From the NCBI GenBank assembly GCA_049510975.1, contig JBEKYM010000016.1:561-64560 (forward strand): 64,000 bases of DNA. Direction: 5' to 3'. This DNA comes from Acidimicrobiales bacterium. Lineage in GTDB: Bacteria > Actinomycetota > Acidimicrobiia > Acidimicrobiales > Bog-793. Within the stretch, counting starts at the first letter, position 1, and each line of letters opens with the position of its first letter. Below are positions 19,061 to 27,865 of the stretch, piece after piece. Position numbers and translations under genes: made by a program. The notes under the pieces were generated by a model. The model saw only the letters and a list, made by a program, of their open reading frames with translations, was not told where the DNA came from and made no database searches.

Positions 19061-22003
19061 TTGAGAGTCCCGAACGAGGCGGTGCTGCCGTCCGGCGGAC
19101 ACCCGATCCGTCGCTACCAGGCGTTCCTGCTCATCGGCATCGTTGCCATCATCGTTCTGCTCATCGTCGTGCAGGGGATCGCCGACCTCTACACGAACTA
19201 CCTCTGGTACCGCTCGGTCAACGACGACGCCGTCTGGCGATCGATGACCGCGACTCGGATCGAGCTCGAGGTGTTCTTCATCGGCGTGTTCTTCGTCGCC
19301 TGCTGGGTGAGCCTGCTCATCGTCGACCGGGTGGCGCCGAGGGCGTTGTTCCTGGCTCCCGAGCAGGATTTCGTGCGTCGCTACCAGGCGGTGGTGGGGC
19401 GGCATCGTTTCGCCTTGCGGACGCTCGTGTCGGCCGCCCTTGCCCTCATCGTCGGCGGCGGGACGGGCTCGCAATGGCAGAAGTGGCTCCTGTTCGTCCA
19501 CGGCGGCTCCTTCGGAGTGAGCGACCCGCAGTTCCACAAGGACGTCGGGTACTTCGTCTTCAAGCTGCCGTTCCTGTCGTTCCTCGTGGACTGGACCCAG
19601 GTGGCCCTGATCGTGCTGGCGATCGTGTGCGTGGCGGCGTACTACCTGAACGGGGGGCTTCGTTTCTCGGGAATGTCGCCGCGCGTCGACCCGAGGGCGA
19701 CGTCGCATTTCTCGGTGATCTTTGCCGCTCTGGCACTGCTGCGCGCCGCCGGATACTTCTACGTCGACCGCTACGCCCTCGACGTCGCCCCGAACGGCTT
19801 GTTCCAGGGCGCCGGGTACACCGCCGTACACGTGCGCCTTCCCGCCCTCAACCTGCTGGCGATCATCGCTCTGGCTGCCTTCGTCATGTTCGTCTACAAC
19901 GTCTATGCCCGCGGCTGGATGCTGCCCGTGGTGGCGGCGGGCCTCTGGGCCTTCCTGGGGATCGCCATCGGTGTGGTGTTTCCCTGGGCGGTGCAGTCGT
20001 TGCAGGTGAGTCCCGCCCAGAGCACGGTGGAGCTTCCCTACTTGCAGCGCAACATCGCCGCCACGCGGGTTGCCTACGGCCTCGGGAACATCAACCAGCC
20101 GTCGTTCCCGGGCAACCACGACGCCACGACGGGGGTGGTCCGCGACGACGCCCAGTCGCTCGAGGACGTCGACCTGTGGGATCCGACGGTCTCCTCGCAG
20201 ACGTATCAGGTCGACCAGCGGAGCAAGGGTTTCTACTCCATCAACGGCCTGTCGCTCGACCGCTACGAAGTCGCCCTCGAGGCCGGCCATCCGAAGCAGC
20301 TCACGCCCGTCGTCGTGGGCGTGCGCGAGATCTCCACGCCGAACCTCAACCGCACGACTTGGGTGAACACGCACCTCGTGTACACCCACGGCTACGGGGC
20401 CATCATGACCCCCGCCAACACGAGCCAGAGCAAGCCGAACTTCATCATCGGCAGCGTGCCAGTCACCTCGACCTCAGGCGCTCCGGTCCTCAAGCACCCC
20501 GCTGTGTACTACGGGCTCGGCGAGACCGGCTACGTCGTTGTCGACTCGGCACAACCCGAGTACAACTACCAGTCCTCCTCGGGCGCCGTCACGATCCACT
20601 ACTCCGGCTCAGGCGGGATCCCCGTCGGCAGCTTTTGGCAGAAGGCTGCCTTCGCCTTGCGCTTTCACGATTTCAACCTGCTCGTGTCCAAGCTCGTGAC
20701 GCGGAACTCTCGCATCATGTTCAACCAAGACGTGCGCACCCTCGTGCAAAAGGTGGCGCCGTTCCTCCAGGTCGATGCGAACCCGTACCCCGTGATCGAC
20801 GACCAGGGCAACCTCGACTGGATCGTCGACGCCTACACGACGACGAGCTACTACCCCTACTCGCAGGCAGCCTCGACGCCCAGCCTGCCGAGCGACAGCG
20901 GGCTGCAGACGAGCTTCAACTACGTGCGCAACTCCGTGAAGGCCGTCGTCAACGCTTACACCGGCAAGGTCACGCTGTATGCCGTGACGACAACCGACCC
21001 GATCCTGAACACGTGGGAACGGATCTACCCCGGGATGTTCCACCCGCTCTCCTCGATGACCGGGGGGCTGAAGGATCACCTGCGGTACCCCCAGGACCTG
21101 CTCTCGGTCGAGGCGACGATGTTCGGGAAGTACCACATCCCGGAGAGCGACGCCTCCGAGTTCTACAACAACGAGGCAGCTTGGCAGGTCGCCCTCACCG
21201 GCACCGGGCCGTCCGCCTCCTACGTGCAGCCGGTGTACCAGCTCCTGCAGCTGCCCGGCACGACGGCGCCGACGTTCGATGCCTTCATCCCGCTCGTGCC
21301 GAGCGGCAGCGGGCGAGCTCAGAACCTGAGCGCCTTCCTCGTCGCCAACAGCAGCTCGACGGATTACGGCCAACTGACGGCCTACGTCGTTCCCCAGGGC
21401 AACGGGGGGGTGAGCGGCCCTGCCGAGGCGAATGCCGCCATCGCCTCAGATGCTGCGGTATCGCAGGAGACGACGCTGCTCGACCAACGGGGTTCAAAGG
21501 CCCTCTTCGGTCCGACCCTGCTGATCCCCATCGACGACTCGCTGCTGTACGTGCGTGCGCTGTTCGTGGCGTCGTCGAGCAACCCGGTCCCGCAGCTGCA
21601 ATACGTCGTCGTCGACTACGGCGGCACCGTTGCCATCGCTCCCACGCTGCTCGGGCGAACCGGGGCGCTCGCCAAGGTGATCGGCTCGGCCGTGGCGTCG
21701 GTCGGCTCGAACGAGCCGACGAACATCCCGACCGCCATCGCCGACGACATCAAGGCCGCCGATGCGGCCGACGCGCAGGCGCTGCAGGCGCTCAAGGACG
21801 ACAACTTCGCCCTCTTCGGCAAGGACTTGGCGGAGGTCCGAGCCGAGCTGGCGGCTGCGAAGGCAGGTCTGGCACAGCTCGCGAAAGGCAAAGGCAGCTC
21901 GAACAAGGGTTCTGGCACGACCCCTTCGAGCACCACCACCACGACGACCACGGGCGTCTCGTCGACCACCTCGACGACGAGCACCACCACTGCGGGCGCG
22001 TAG
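19061..22003 (+). CDS. UPF0182 family polytopic membrane protein
   Basis: 980 aa. N-terminal multi-TM region with YTNYLWYRSVN and DPQFHKDVGYFVFKLPF motifs. Large extracytoplasmic body and a Ser/Thr-rich tail. TTG start with AGGAG 5 nt upstream. Confidence 0.85.
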   Translation: MRVPNEAVLPSGGHPIRRYQAFLLIGIVAIIVLLIVVQGIADLYTNYLWYRSVNDDAVWRSMTATRIELEVFFIGVFFVACWVSLLIVDRVAPRALFLAPEQDFVRRYQAVVGRHRFALRTLVSAALALIVGGGTGSQWQKWLLFVHGGSFGVSDPQFHKDVGYFVFKLPFLSFLVDWTQVALIVLAIVCVAAYYLNGGLRFSGMSPRVDPRATSHFSVIFAALALLRAAGYFYVDRYALDVAPNGLFQGAGYTAVHVRLPALNLLAIIALAAFVMFVYNVYARGWMLPVVAAGLWAFLGIAIGVVFPWAVQSLQVSPAQSTVELPYLQRNIAATRVAYGLGNINQPSFPGNHDATTGVVRDDAQSLEDVDLWDPTVSSQTYQVDQRSKGFYSINGLSLDRYEVALEAGHPKQLTPVVVGVREISTPNLNRTTWVNTHLVYTHGYGAIMTPANTSQSKPNFIIGSVPVTSTSGAPVLKHPAVYYGLGETGYVVVDSAQPEYNYQSSSGAVTIHYSGSGGIPVGSFWQKAAFALRFHDFNLLVSKLVTRNSRIMFNQDVRTLVQKVAPFLQVDANPYPVIDDQGNLDWIVDAYTTTSYYPYSQAASTPSLPSDSGLQTSFNYVRNSVKAVVNAYTGKVTLYAVTTTDPILNTWERIYPGMFHPLSSMTGGLKDHLRYPQDLLSVEATMFGKYHIPESDASEFYNNEAAWQVALTGTGPSASYVQPVYQLLQLPGTTAPTFDAFIPLVPSGSGRAQNLSAFLVANSSSTDYGQLTAYVVPQGNGGVSGPAEANAAIASDAAVSQETTLLDQRGSKALFGPTLLIPIDDSLLYVRALFVASSSNPVPQLQYVVVDYGGTVAIAPTLLGRTGALAKVIGSAVASVGSNEPTNIPTAIADDIKAADAADAQALQALKDDNFALFGKDLAEVRAELAAAKAGLAQLAKGKGSSNKGSGTTPSSTTTTTTTGVSSTTSTTSTTTAGA

Positions 22004-22119
22004 CGGGCCTGCGAGCGGCAACGACGTGGGGTCGGCCGGACCTCGGTCGGAACGGCGTCCTTGACGCTGAGCCGCCTGGGGCGCAATGTGTGTACGCCCA
22101 CAGATTCGGAGGTCCCGTC

Positions 22120-22920
22120 ATGACCGCTGTCGAGAGCCCGCCCTTTGCTCCCCAACGCCAGGAGCTCGATACCCTCGGTCCACCCAAGTTCGCCACCGTG
22201 GAGGCCGAGCGGGAGCACCGCAAGCAGCGGCTGGCGGGGGCGTTGCGGATATTCGGGCGGCTGGGTTTCTCCGAGGGAGTAGCCGGCCATATCACGGCAC
22301 GGGATCCGGAGCTGTCCGACCACTTCTGGGTGAACCCGTTCGCCATGAACTTCCGCCACGTGCGCGTCTCGGACCTCATCCTCGTCAACCATCACGGCGA
22401 GGTCGTGCACGGTCGTCGGCCCGTGAACCGGGCGGCGTTCATCATCCACTCGGCCCTGCACGCTGCTCGCCCCGACGTGGTCGCCGCCGCCCATGCGCAC
22501 TCGGTGCACGGCAAGGCGTGGTCGTCCCTCGGGCGGCTCCTCGACCCCATCACCCAGGACGCCTGCATGTTCTTCGAGGACCACGTTCTCGTGACCGAGG
22601 GCGGTGGGCGCGTCGTCCTCGAGGAGACGGGCGGGAAGGCGCTCGCCGAGGGTCTTGGCCCCCACAAGGCCGCCATCCATCAGAACCACGGCCTGTTCAC
22701 CGTGGGTCAGTCGGTCGACGAGGCGGCCTGGTGGTTCATCACGATGGAACGGTCCTGCCAAGCGCAACTGCTCGCATCTGCAGTCGGGACCCCGCTGTTG
22801 ATCGACGACGACAACGCCCGCTACACCCGCGATCTCACCGGCCACCCGATGGCAGGGTGGTTCTCGTTCCAGCCGCTCTGGGACGAGATCGTCCGATCGG
22901 ACCCGGAGCTCTTCGACTAA
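22120..22920 (+). CDS. Class II aldolase/adducin family protein
   Basis: GHITARDPE, IHSALHAARPDVVAAAHAHS, IHQNHGLFTVGQSVDEA (zinc/His motifs of the Aldolase_II fold). ATG 22120 with GGAGG 7 nt upstream. It is only the last 266 codons of track ORF 19048..22920. Confidence 0.85.
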   Translation: MTAVESPPFAPQRQELDTLGPPKFATVEAEREHRKQRLAGALRIFGRLGFSEGVAGHITARDPELSDHFWVNPFAMNFRHVRVSDLILVNHHGEVVHGRRPVNRAAFIIHSALHAARPDVVAAAHAHSVHGKAWSSLGRLLDPITQDACMFFEDHVLVTEGGGRVVLEETGGKALAEGLGPHKAAIHQNHGLFTVGQSVDEAAWWFITMERSCQAQLLASAVGTPLLIDDDNARYTRDLTGHPMAGWFSFQPLWDEIVRSDPELFD

Positions 22921-23041
22921 GGAGGCGCCGGCGGCCCGGTCAGTGGCGTGCGCTCGCCGAGGGTCGTGGCCGCCTCAGCCGGGCGCCGCCATCACGGCGC
23001 GCCGTGATCGCCACGACATGACCGACAAGATGCTGACGGCG

Positions 23042-23194
23042 GAGAGCAGCGAACCCACCGAGACGAACGACCCGATCGACATGGCCGAGGCGAACGATCC
23101 GACGGATCCAATCGAGAGCACCGAGCCGACCGAGCCGATGGAGAGCACGGAGCCTTTCGAGGCGATCGAGAGGAACGAGTCCTCGGAGGCGATG
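23042..23194. repeat. Degenerate 9-bp (three-codon) periodic repeat, about 17 units, open in two antisense frames
   Basis: The plus frame reads GAR/GAY NNN NNN x17 (xE/Dx: ...NDPIDMAEANDPTDPIESTEPTEPMESTEPFEAIERNESSEA). The minus frame reads Sxx x20 (SIASEDSFLSIASKGSVLSIGSVGSVLSIGSVGSFASAMSIGSFVSVGSLLSAVSILSVMS). Coding strand unresolved. Confidence 0.85.
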
Positions 23195-23445
23195 CTCCAG
23201 CGGGATCGCGAGGTCTGCACGCTCCGATCATGTCCGATCCCGGCGCCGGCCGCCACGCGCCGCCAAAGCGACCCAGACGGTCTCTTCGGCGGCTCACGTC
23301 GAGAAACCCCGCCGCCGGCCGGCGCCGGCCGGCGCCACAGGACGTCGGGAGTCGAGCGGCGACTTCCTCGATCCTCGGTTGGGCTCACTCGCCAGGGGGT
23401 ACCATCGAAATTGGGCTGATAGAGCGCCGATCGAGGAGCGAAACG

Positions 23446-23838
23446 GTGACCGAAAACCAAGACGAGACCGAGCACCAGGACAACGCGGCGTGGAACGTGG
23501 CGGACTGGCGGGGAAAGATGCTGATCGACTGTGACGGCGAGAAGATCGGCAAGCTGCAGGACGTCTATGTCGACGTCGAGACCGATGCTCCGCAGTTCGT
23601 CACGGTGAAGGAGGGGTTTCTCGATCGGCACCTCACCTTCGTCCCGGTGGGCGGGATGAGAGTGTCTCCCGACGGGTTGCAGGTCGCCGTCACCAAGGAT
23701 CGGGTGAGGTCGGCTCCCAACATCGCTCAACAGGGCGGCGAGCTCTCGGAGAGCGACGAGTCGGCCCTCTACCACCACTTCGAGCTCAACTACACCCCGG
23801 CAGCGACCGAGAGCGGACGCCGGCTCGCCCGGAGGTAG
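23446..23838 (+). CDS. PRC-barrel domain protein
   Basis: WRGKMLIDCDGEKIGKLQDVYVDVETDAPQFVTVKEGFLDRHLTFVPV... is the typical PRC-barrel core. GTG 23446 with GAGGAG 7 nt upstream. Confidence 0.8.
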   Translation: MTENQDETEHQDNAAWNVADWRGKMLIDCDGEKIGKLQDVYVDVETDAPQFVTVKEGFLDRHLTFVPVGGMRVSPDGLQVAVTKDRVRSAPNIAQQGGELSESDESALYHHFELNYTPAATESGRRLARR

Positions 23839-23854
23839 GCCGCCAGGTCCGGGC

Positions 23855-25984
23855 TCAGCGCTGAACGAGTGCCGGCGGGAGCGGTTCGGCGTGGACCAGA
23901 CGAAGATGCCGTGTAGCTCGGGTCATCGCCACGTAGAGCGCCCGCAGGCCCTGCGGCGCCGGCGCCTCGCGGACGAGGCGGGCGGGTTCCACGACGACGA
24001 CGGAGTCGAACTCGAGCCCTTTGGCATCCTCGATGGCGAGCAGCGACGTGGGGGCGTCGAGCACGTCCTCGCCCGCTTGCTCGAACGGTTGGCCCGCAGC
24101 GGCCAGTGCCTCGGCCAGCTCGGGCAGCAATGAGGCGGGGGCAATGACTGCAACGGTTCCCTGACTCTGTGCGGCGAGCAGCTGCGCGAGCACTCGCACG
24201 ACGGCGCCGGCGAGCTCCCCCCGGCCGGCGACTGCCTCGAAGCCGGGGAGCTCGCCACTGCTCCGCACCGAGGACGGTGGCGCCGTCGTCGGTGCGGCGG
24301 CGGCCAGCACCTTGCCGGCGAGGTCCATGATCTCTGCCGGCGTGCGGTAGTTGACCGTCAGTTCCAGCAGGCGTGAGCCGCGGTTCGCGGGCAGGTGCCT
24401 CGTGACCTCCCTCCACGACTGCGGCGCCCAGGGCCCTGTTGCCTGGGCGATGTCGCCGACGACGGTCATCGAGCCCGACAACGACCGCCGGGCGATCATG
24501 CGCAACTGCATGGGCGACAGGTCCTGGGCTTCGTCCACGACGATGTGGCCGTAGGTGCGCAGCTCGTCGGCGTTGTCGGGCCGTGACCGCCGGGCGGCGT
24601 GCCCGAGCAGTGCTCGGGCTTCGTCGAGCAGCGGGATGTCCTCGCGGCTCCAGGTGACGTCGTCGAGCGAGGCCGCCCGGGGCCGGTAGAGCTGGCGCTG
24701 ACTCTCGGCGTCGATGAGGCCACGCGATGCCAGCTCGATGAGGGGCCGTGCACCGAAGAGGTCGTGGAGGAGCTCCTGTGGAGTGAGGACCGGCCACATC
24801 CGATCGAGGGCCTCGGCAACGTCTGGGCGCCGCCGCAGCTGGCGGCCGAGCTCGGCAACGTCTGGGCGTTTCGGGGCGCCGTCGCCGTGGGCGATGCGAA
24901 GCTGACGCTCCAGCTCGCCGTCGAGGTGGCGCCACAGCAGGGTTTCCACGGCGCGCCGGCGCGAGTTGTGCGGTCCCGGCCGGCGTCGGGCAGCAGCCAC
25001 GATCTGGGCTGAGGCCTGCGTCGACACGTGGAGGGACATCAACCCGTAGGGGACTTCGAGCGGTCGGCGGAGCGGTCGCTCACGGTCGCGGACCGCTCGG
25101 GCCAGCACGCCGGCCATCCGGGCGTCGCCCTTCAGGTGCGCCAGCGTGGCCTCGTCGCGCCCGCTCACCTTGAGGTCGCCGAAGAGGGCCGAGACGGTCG
25201 ACAGCTCCACGCCGCTCTCGCCCAGCGAGGGGAGGACCTGCTCGATGTAGCGCAGAAACGTCGGGTTCGGCCCGATGACGAGCACGCCCTGCTGCTCGAG
25301 GGGAAACCGGTGCGTGTAGAGCAGATATGCGGCGCGATGCAGCGCCACCGCCGTCTTGCCCGTGCCGGGACCGCCTTGTACGACGAGCACGCCCGGCAGG
25401 GGCCCTCGGATGATCTCGTCCTGCTCGCGCTGCACCGTGGCGACGATGTCTCGCATCCGTCCGGTCCGAGCGCGCCCGAGCGTGGCGAGCAGTACCTGCG
25501 AGCCCGCAAGGCCTAGTTCCGACTCGTCGCCGTCAGCGTCTCCGAGCAGCTCGTCCTGCAGGTCGACGACCTGCTGGCCGTCCATGAGGAAGTGGCGCCG
25601 GCGGCGCAGCCCCATCGGGTGCGCGCCGGTGGCGCGGTAGAAGGGCTCGGCGACCGGGGCGCGCCAGTCGACGACCAGCGGCTCCTGGTCGATGTCGGAC
25701 ACGGCCAAACGCCCGATGTGGAAGGCCTCGGACGCCGGCGGCTCGCCTTCGAAGGCACGGTCGATGCGCCCGAAGACGAGCGCCTCCCGGCCGATCTGCA
25801 GCTGCTCGAGGCGCCCCAAACTGTTCCGGACCCAGATGTCGCGCTCGGTAATGGCCTGAAACGTGCCACCCCGCTCCCCGAAGGCTTCCTGGAGCCGTCC
25901 AGCGGCGGCCGCCCGCATCGCCTCGAGACGGGCGTAGGCGTGGTCGACGTGAGCCTGCTCGGCGGGAACATCCGGATGCGTCAT
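23855..25984 (-). CDS. helD: HelD-type UvrD/Rep superfamily-1 helicase-like ATPase (RNA polymerase-associated HelD family)
   Basis: N-terminal EQAHVDHAYARLE... coiled segment, LVVDWRAPVAEPFYRAT (HelD signature), Walker A VVQGGPGTGKTAVALHR, VVDEAQDLSPMQ, C-terminal LYVAMTRATRHL. Start at ATG 25984 inside the 937-aa track ORF. Confidence 0.85.
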   Translation of the reverse strand: MTHPDVPAEQAHVDHAYARLEAMRAAAAGRLQEAFGERGGTFQAITERDIWVRNSLGRLEQLQIGREALVFGRIDRAFEGEPPASEAFHIGRLAVSDIDQEPLVVDWRAPVAEPFYRATGAHPMGLRRRRHFLMDGQQVVDLQDELLGDADGDESELGLAGSQVLLATLGRARTGRMRDIVATVQREQDEIIRGPLPGVLVVQGGPGTGKTAVALHRAAYLLYTHRFPLEQQGVLVIGPNPTFLRYIEQVLPSLGESGVELSTVSALFGDLKVSGRDEATLAHLKGDARMAGVLARAVRDRERPLRRPLEVPYGLMSLHVSTQASAQIVAAARRRPGPHNSRRRAVETLLWRHLDGELERQLRIAHGDGAPKRPDVAELGRQLRRRPDVAEALDRMWPVLTPQELLHDLFGARPLIELASRGLIDAESQRQLYRPRAASLDDVTWSREDIPLLDEARALLGHAARRSRPDNADELRTYGHIVVDEAQDLSPMQLRMIARRSLSGSMTVVGDIAQATGPWAPQSWREVTRHLPANRGSRLLELTVNYRTPAEIMDLAGKVLAAAAPTTAPPSSVRSSGELPGFEAVAGRGELAGAVVRVLAQLLAAQSQGTVAVIAPASLLPELAEALAAAGQPFEQAGEDVLDAPTSLLAIEDAKGLEFDSVVVVEPARLVREAPAPQGLRALYVAMTRATRHLRLVHAEPLPPALVQR

Positions 25985-26117
25985 AGGGGGTTGACCACAA
26001 TGCGTGGTCTCGCGACGAAGTGCAAACCGCCGCCCCCCGAGCGCGGCGCCACCGAGGTGCGAGGGCACGATCTGATGCGGCGGGGCGGTCGCGGCCGGCG
26101 CCGTAGGATTCGACCCG

Positions 26118-26861
26118 ATGACGGGCATCTCAGCCATGCCCGACGACCTCGTGCCCCTACCGAAGCAGGGGCGCGTGTACCGGAGCGAGCGCCTCGTGCG
26201 CCTCGGGGATTCGGCACCTTCCGGGCGGCTCCGGCTCGACTCGGTGGCGCGGTTCCTACAAGACGTCGCCGAAGACGACGCCGCCGACGCCGGCTGGCCC
26301 ACCTCGATCGGATGGCTGCTGCGTCGCTGTGCCATCGCCGTGCGGCAGTTCCCGATGCGCACCGAGCGGGTCGAGTTGCTGACGTTCTGCTCGGCAACGG
26401 CTGCCCGGTGGGCGGAACGCACGACGACGATCCGAGGCGACCGTGGTGGGCTCCTGCAAGCACGGGCGATCTGGGTGGCGGTCGACGCGGACACCGGACG
26501 TCCCGCTCGGCTCGGCGAGCTCTTCGAGCGTGTGTACGGTCCGTCGGCGGAGGGGCGGAAGGCGTCCGTGCGGCTCTCGCTGCCGGCGCCACCGGACGGT
26601 CTTGGCGAGGCGGCGTATGCGTGGCCCATCCGAGCGAGCGACCTCGACATCTGGGACCACATGAACAACGCCGCCCACTGGGAGGCCGTCGAGGACGAGA
26701 TCGCCCGGCTCGGCTGGCTGCCGACGAGCGCCGAGATCGAGTATCACGAAGCCATCGTGGCGACCGACCGTCCGAGCGTCGTACGCCGGCGGACGGAGGG
26801 CGGGCTCGACCTGTGGCTGCTCCAGGAGGGACGCCTGTTCGCCTCGGCGCGACTGCGGTGA
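26118..26861 (+). CDS. Acyl-ACP thioesterase family protein
   Basis: Double hot-dog layout. The second half has IRASDLDIWDHMNNAAHW (the D..D..gHvNN motif of Acyl-ACP_TE). Confidence 0.75.
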   Translation: MTGISAMPDDLVPLPKQGRVYRSERLVRLGDSAPSGRLRLDSVARFLQDVAEDDAADAGWPTSIGWLLRRCAIAVRQFPMRTERVELLTFCSATAARWAERTTTIRGDRGGLLQARAIWVAVDADTGRPARLGELFERVYGPSAEGRKASVRLSLPAPPDGLGEAAYAWPIRASDLDIWDHMNNAAHWEAVEDEIARLGWLPTSAEIEYHEAIVATDRPSVVRRRTEGGLDLWLLQEGRLFASARLR

Positions 26862-26907
26862 TGCCGGCGCCCGACGCGCCGGCGGCGCTATACGTCAAGA
26901 TGGTTTC

Positions 26908-26923
26908 CTATACGGTTGTATAG
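26908..26923. promoter_or_regulatory. Palindrome CTATAC-GGTT-GTATAG plus an extra CTATAC half-site at 26888-26893: candidate operator upstream of the ABC-ABC-TetR operon
   Basis: Read directly. It is an AT-richer island 19-54 nt upstream of the ABC ATPase start. A TetR gene closes the operon. Confidence 0.35.
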
Positions 26924-26941
26924 TCGGGGCTGGAAGGGCGG

Positions 26942-27865
26942 TTGCCCATGGCTATCCCGGCGATTCGAACCGAAGGCCTCACCAAGCGTTACGGCGATGC
27001 CGTGGCCCTGGACCACCTCGACCTCGAAGTCGCCGAGGGCGAGGTGGTCGGCTACCTCGGCCCCAACGGCGCCGGCAAGACGACGACCATCCGGCTGCTG
27101 CTCGGCCTGATCCGTCCGAGCCAAGGGCGGGGCGAGATCTTCGGGCTCGACTGCCAGCAGCGCAGTGTCGAGGCGCATCGGCGGCTGGGTTTCGTTGCTG
27201 GTGAGGCGAGCCTGTGGCCGTCGTTGACCGGAGCCGAGACCCTCCACCTGCTCGGCCGAGTGCACGGGCGCGTGGACGCCGCCTACCGGGACGAGCTCGT
27301 GGCTCGTTTCGATCTCGATCCGTCCAAGAAGGTGCGGGCCTACTCGAAGGGCAACCGGCAGAAGGTCATCCTGATCGCGGCGCTCATGACCCGCCCGGAT
27401 CTTCTCGTGCTCGACGAGCCGACGAGCGGTCTCGATCCGCTGATGGAACAGGCGTTTCGACACAGCATCGAGGAGGCCCGCGGGCGCGGGCAGACGGTCT
27501 TTCTGTCCTCGCACATCATGAGCGAGGTGGAGGCGCTCTGCGACCGGGTGGGGATTCTCCGCGACGGGGTGCTCGTCGAGATGGGGACGCTGGCCGAGAT
27601 GCGCCATCTGTCGGCCCTCACGGTCGAAGCCACCTTCGAGGGTGAGCCCCCCGACCTCTCGGGCGTGGAGGGTGTGGCGGCCGTGCAAGCCGACGGCCGC
27701 GTCGTGCGCTGTCACGTGCAGGGCTCTGTCGAGCCGCTGCTGAAAGTGCTGGCGGCCGCAGGGGTGACGCAGCTGTTGAGCCGCGAGCCTTCCCTCGAGG
27801 AGCTGTTCGTGGCCCTGTACGGAGCCGACGGCACGCGCAAGGACGAGCGAGTCGTTGCCGGCTGA
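26942..27865 (+). CDS. ABC transporter ATP-binding protein
   Basis: Walker A GPNGAGKTT, signature YSKGNRQK, Walker B LLVLDEPTSGLD, H-loop SSHIM. The start may be ATG 26948. Confidence 0.9.
   Translation: MPMAIPAIRTEGLTKRYGDAVALDHLDLEVAEGEVVGYLGPNGAGKTTTIRLLLGLIRPSQGRGEIFGLDCQQRSVEAHRRLGFVAGEASLWPSLTGAETLHLLGRVHGRVDAAYRDELVARFDLDPSKKVRAYSKGNRQKVILIAALMTRPDLLVLDEPTSGLDPLMEQAFRHSIEEARGRGQTVFLSSHIMSEVEALCDRVGILRDGVLVEMGTLAEMRHLSALTVEATFEGEPPDLSGVEGVAAVQADGRVVRCHVQGSVEPLLKVLAAAGVTQLLSREPSLEELFVALYGADGTRKDERVVAG

Noticed and set aside
25985-26117. Rifamycin-associated element (RAE) upstream of helD
   Set aside because: I looked for the GC-rich 19-bp palindrome associated with HelR-type genes and did not recognise it. 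Only a short GACCAC/GTGGTC palindrome is present. Without an alignment to the published consensus I cannot claim an RAE.
23790-26923. ORFs 23790..24935(-), 25592..26923(+), 25981..26898(-) and the N-terminal 228 codons of 23855..26668
   Set aside because: These are Arg/Pro/Ala-rich shadow frames over helD and the thioesterase gene. helD starts at ATG 25984, where protein-like sequence begins.
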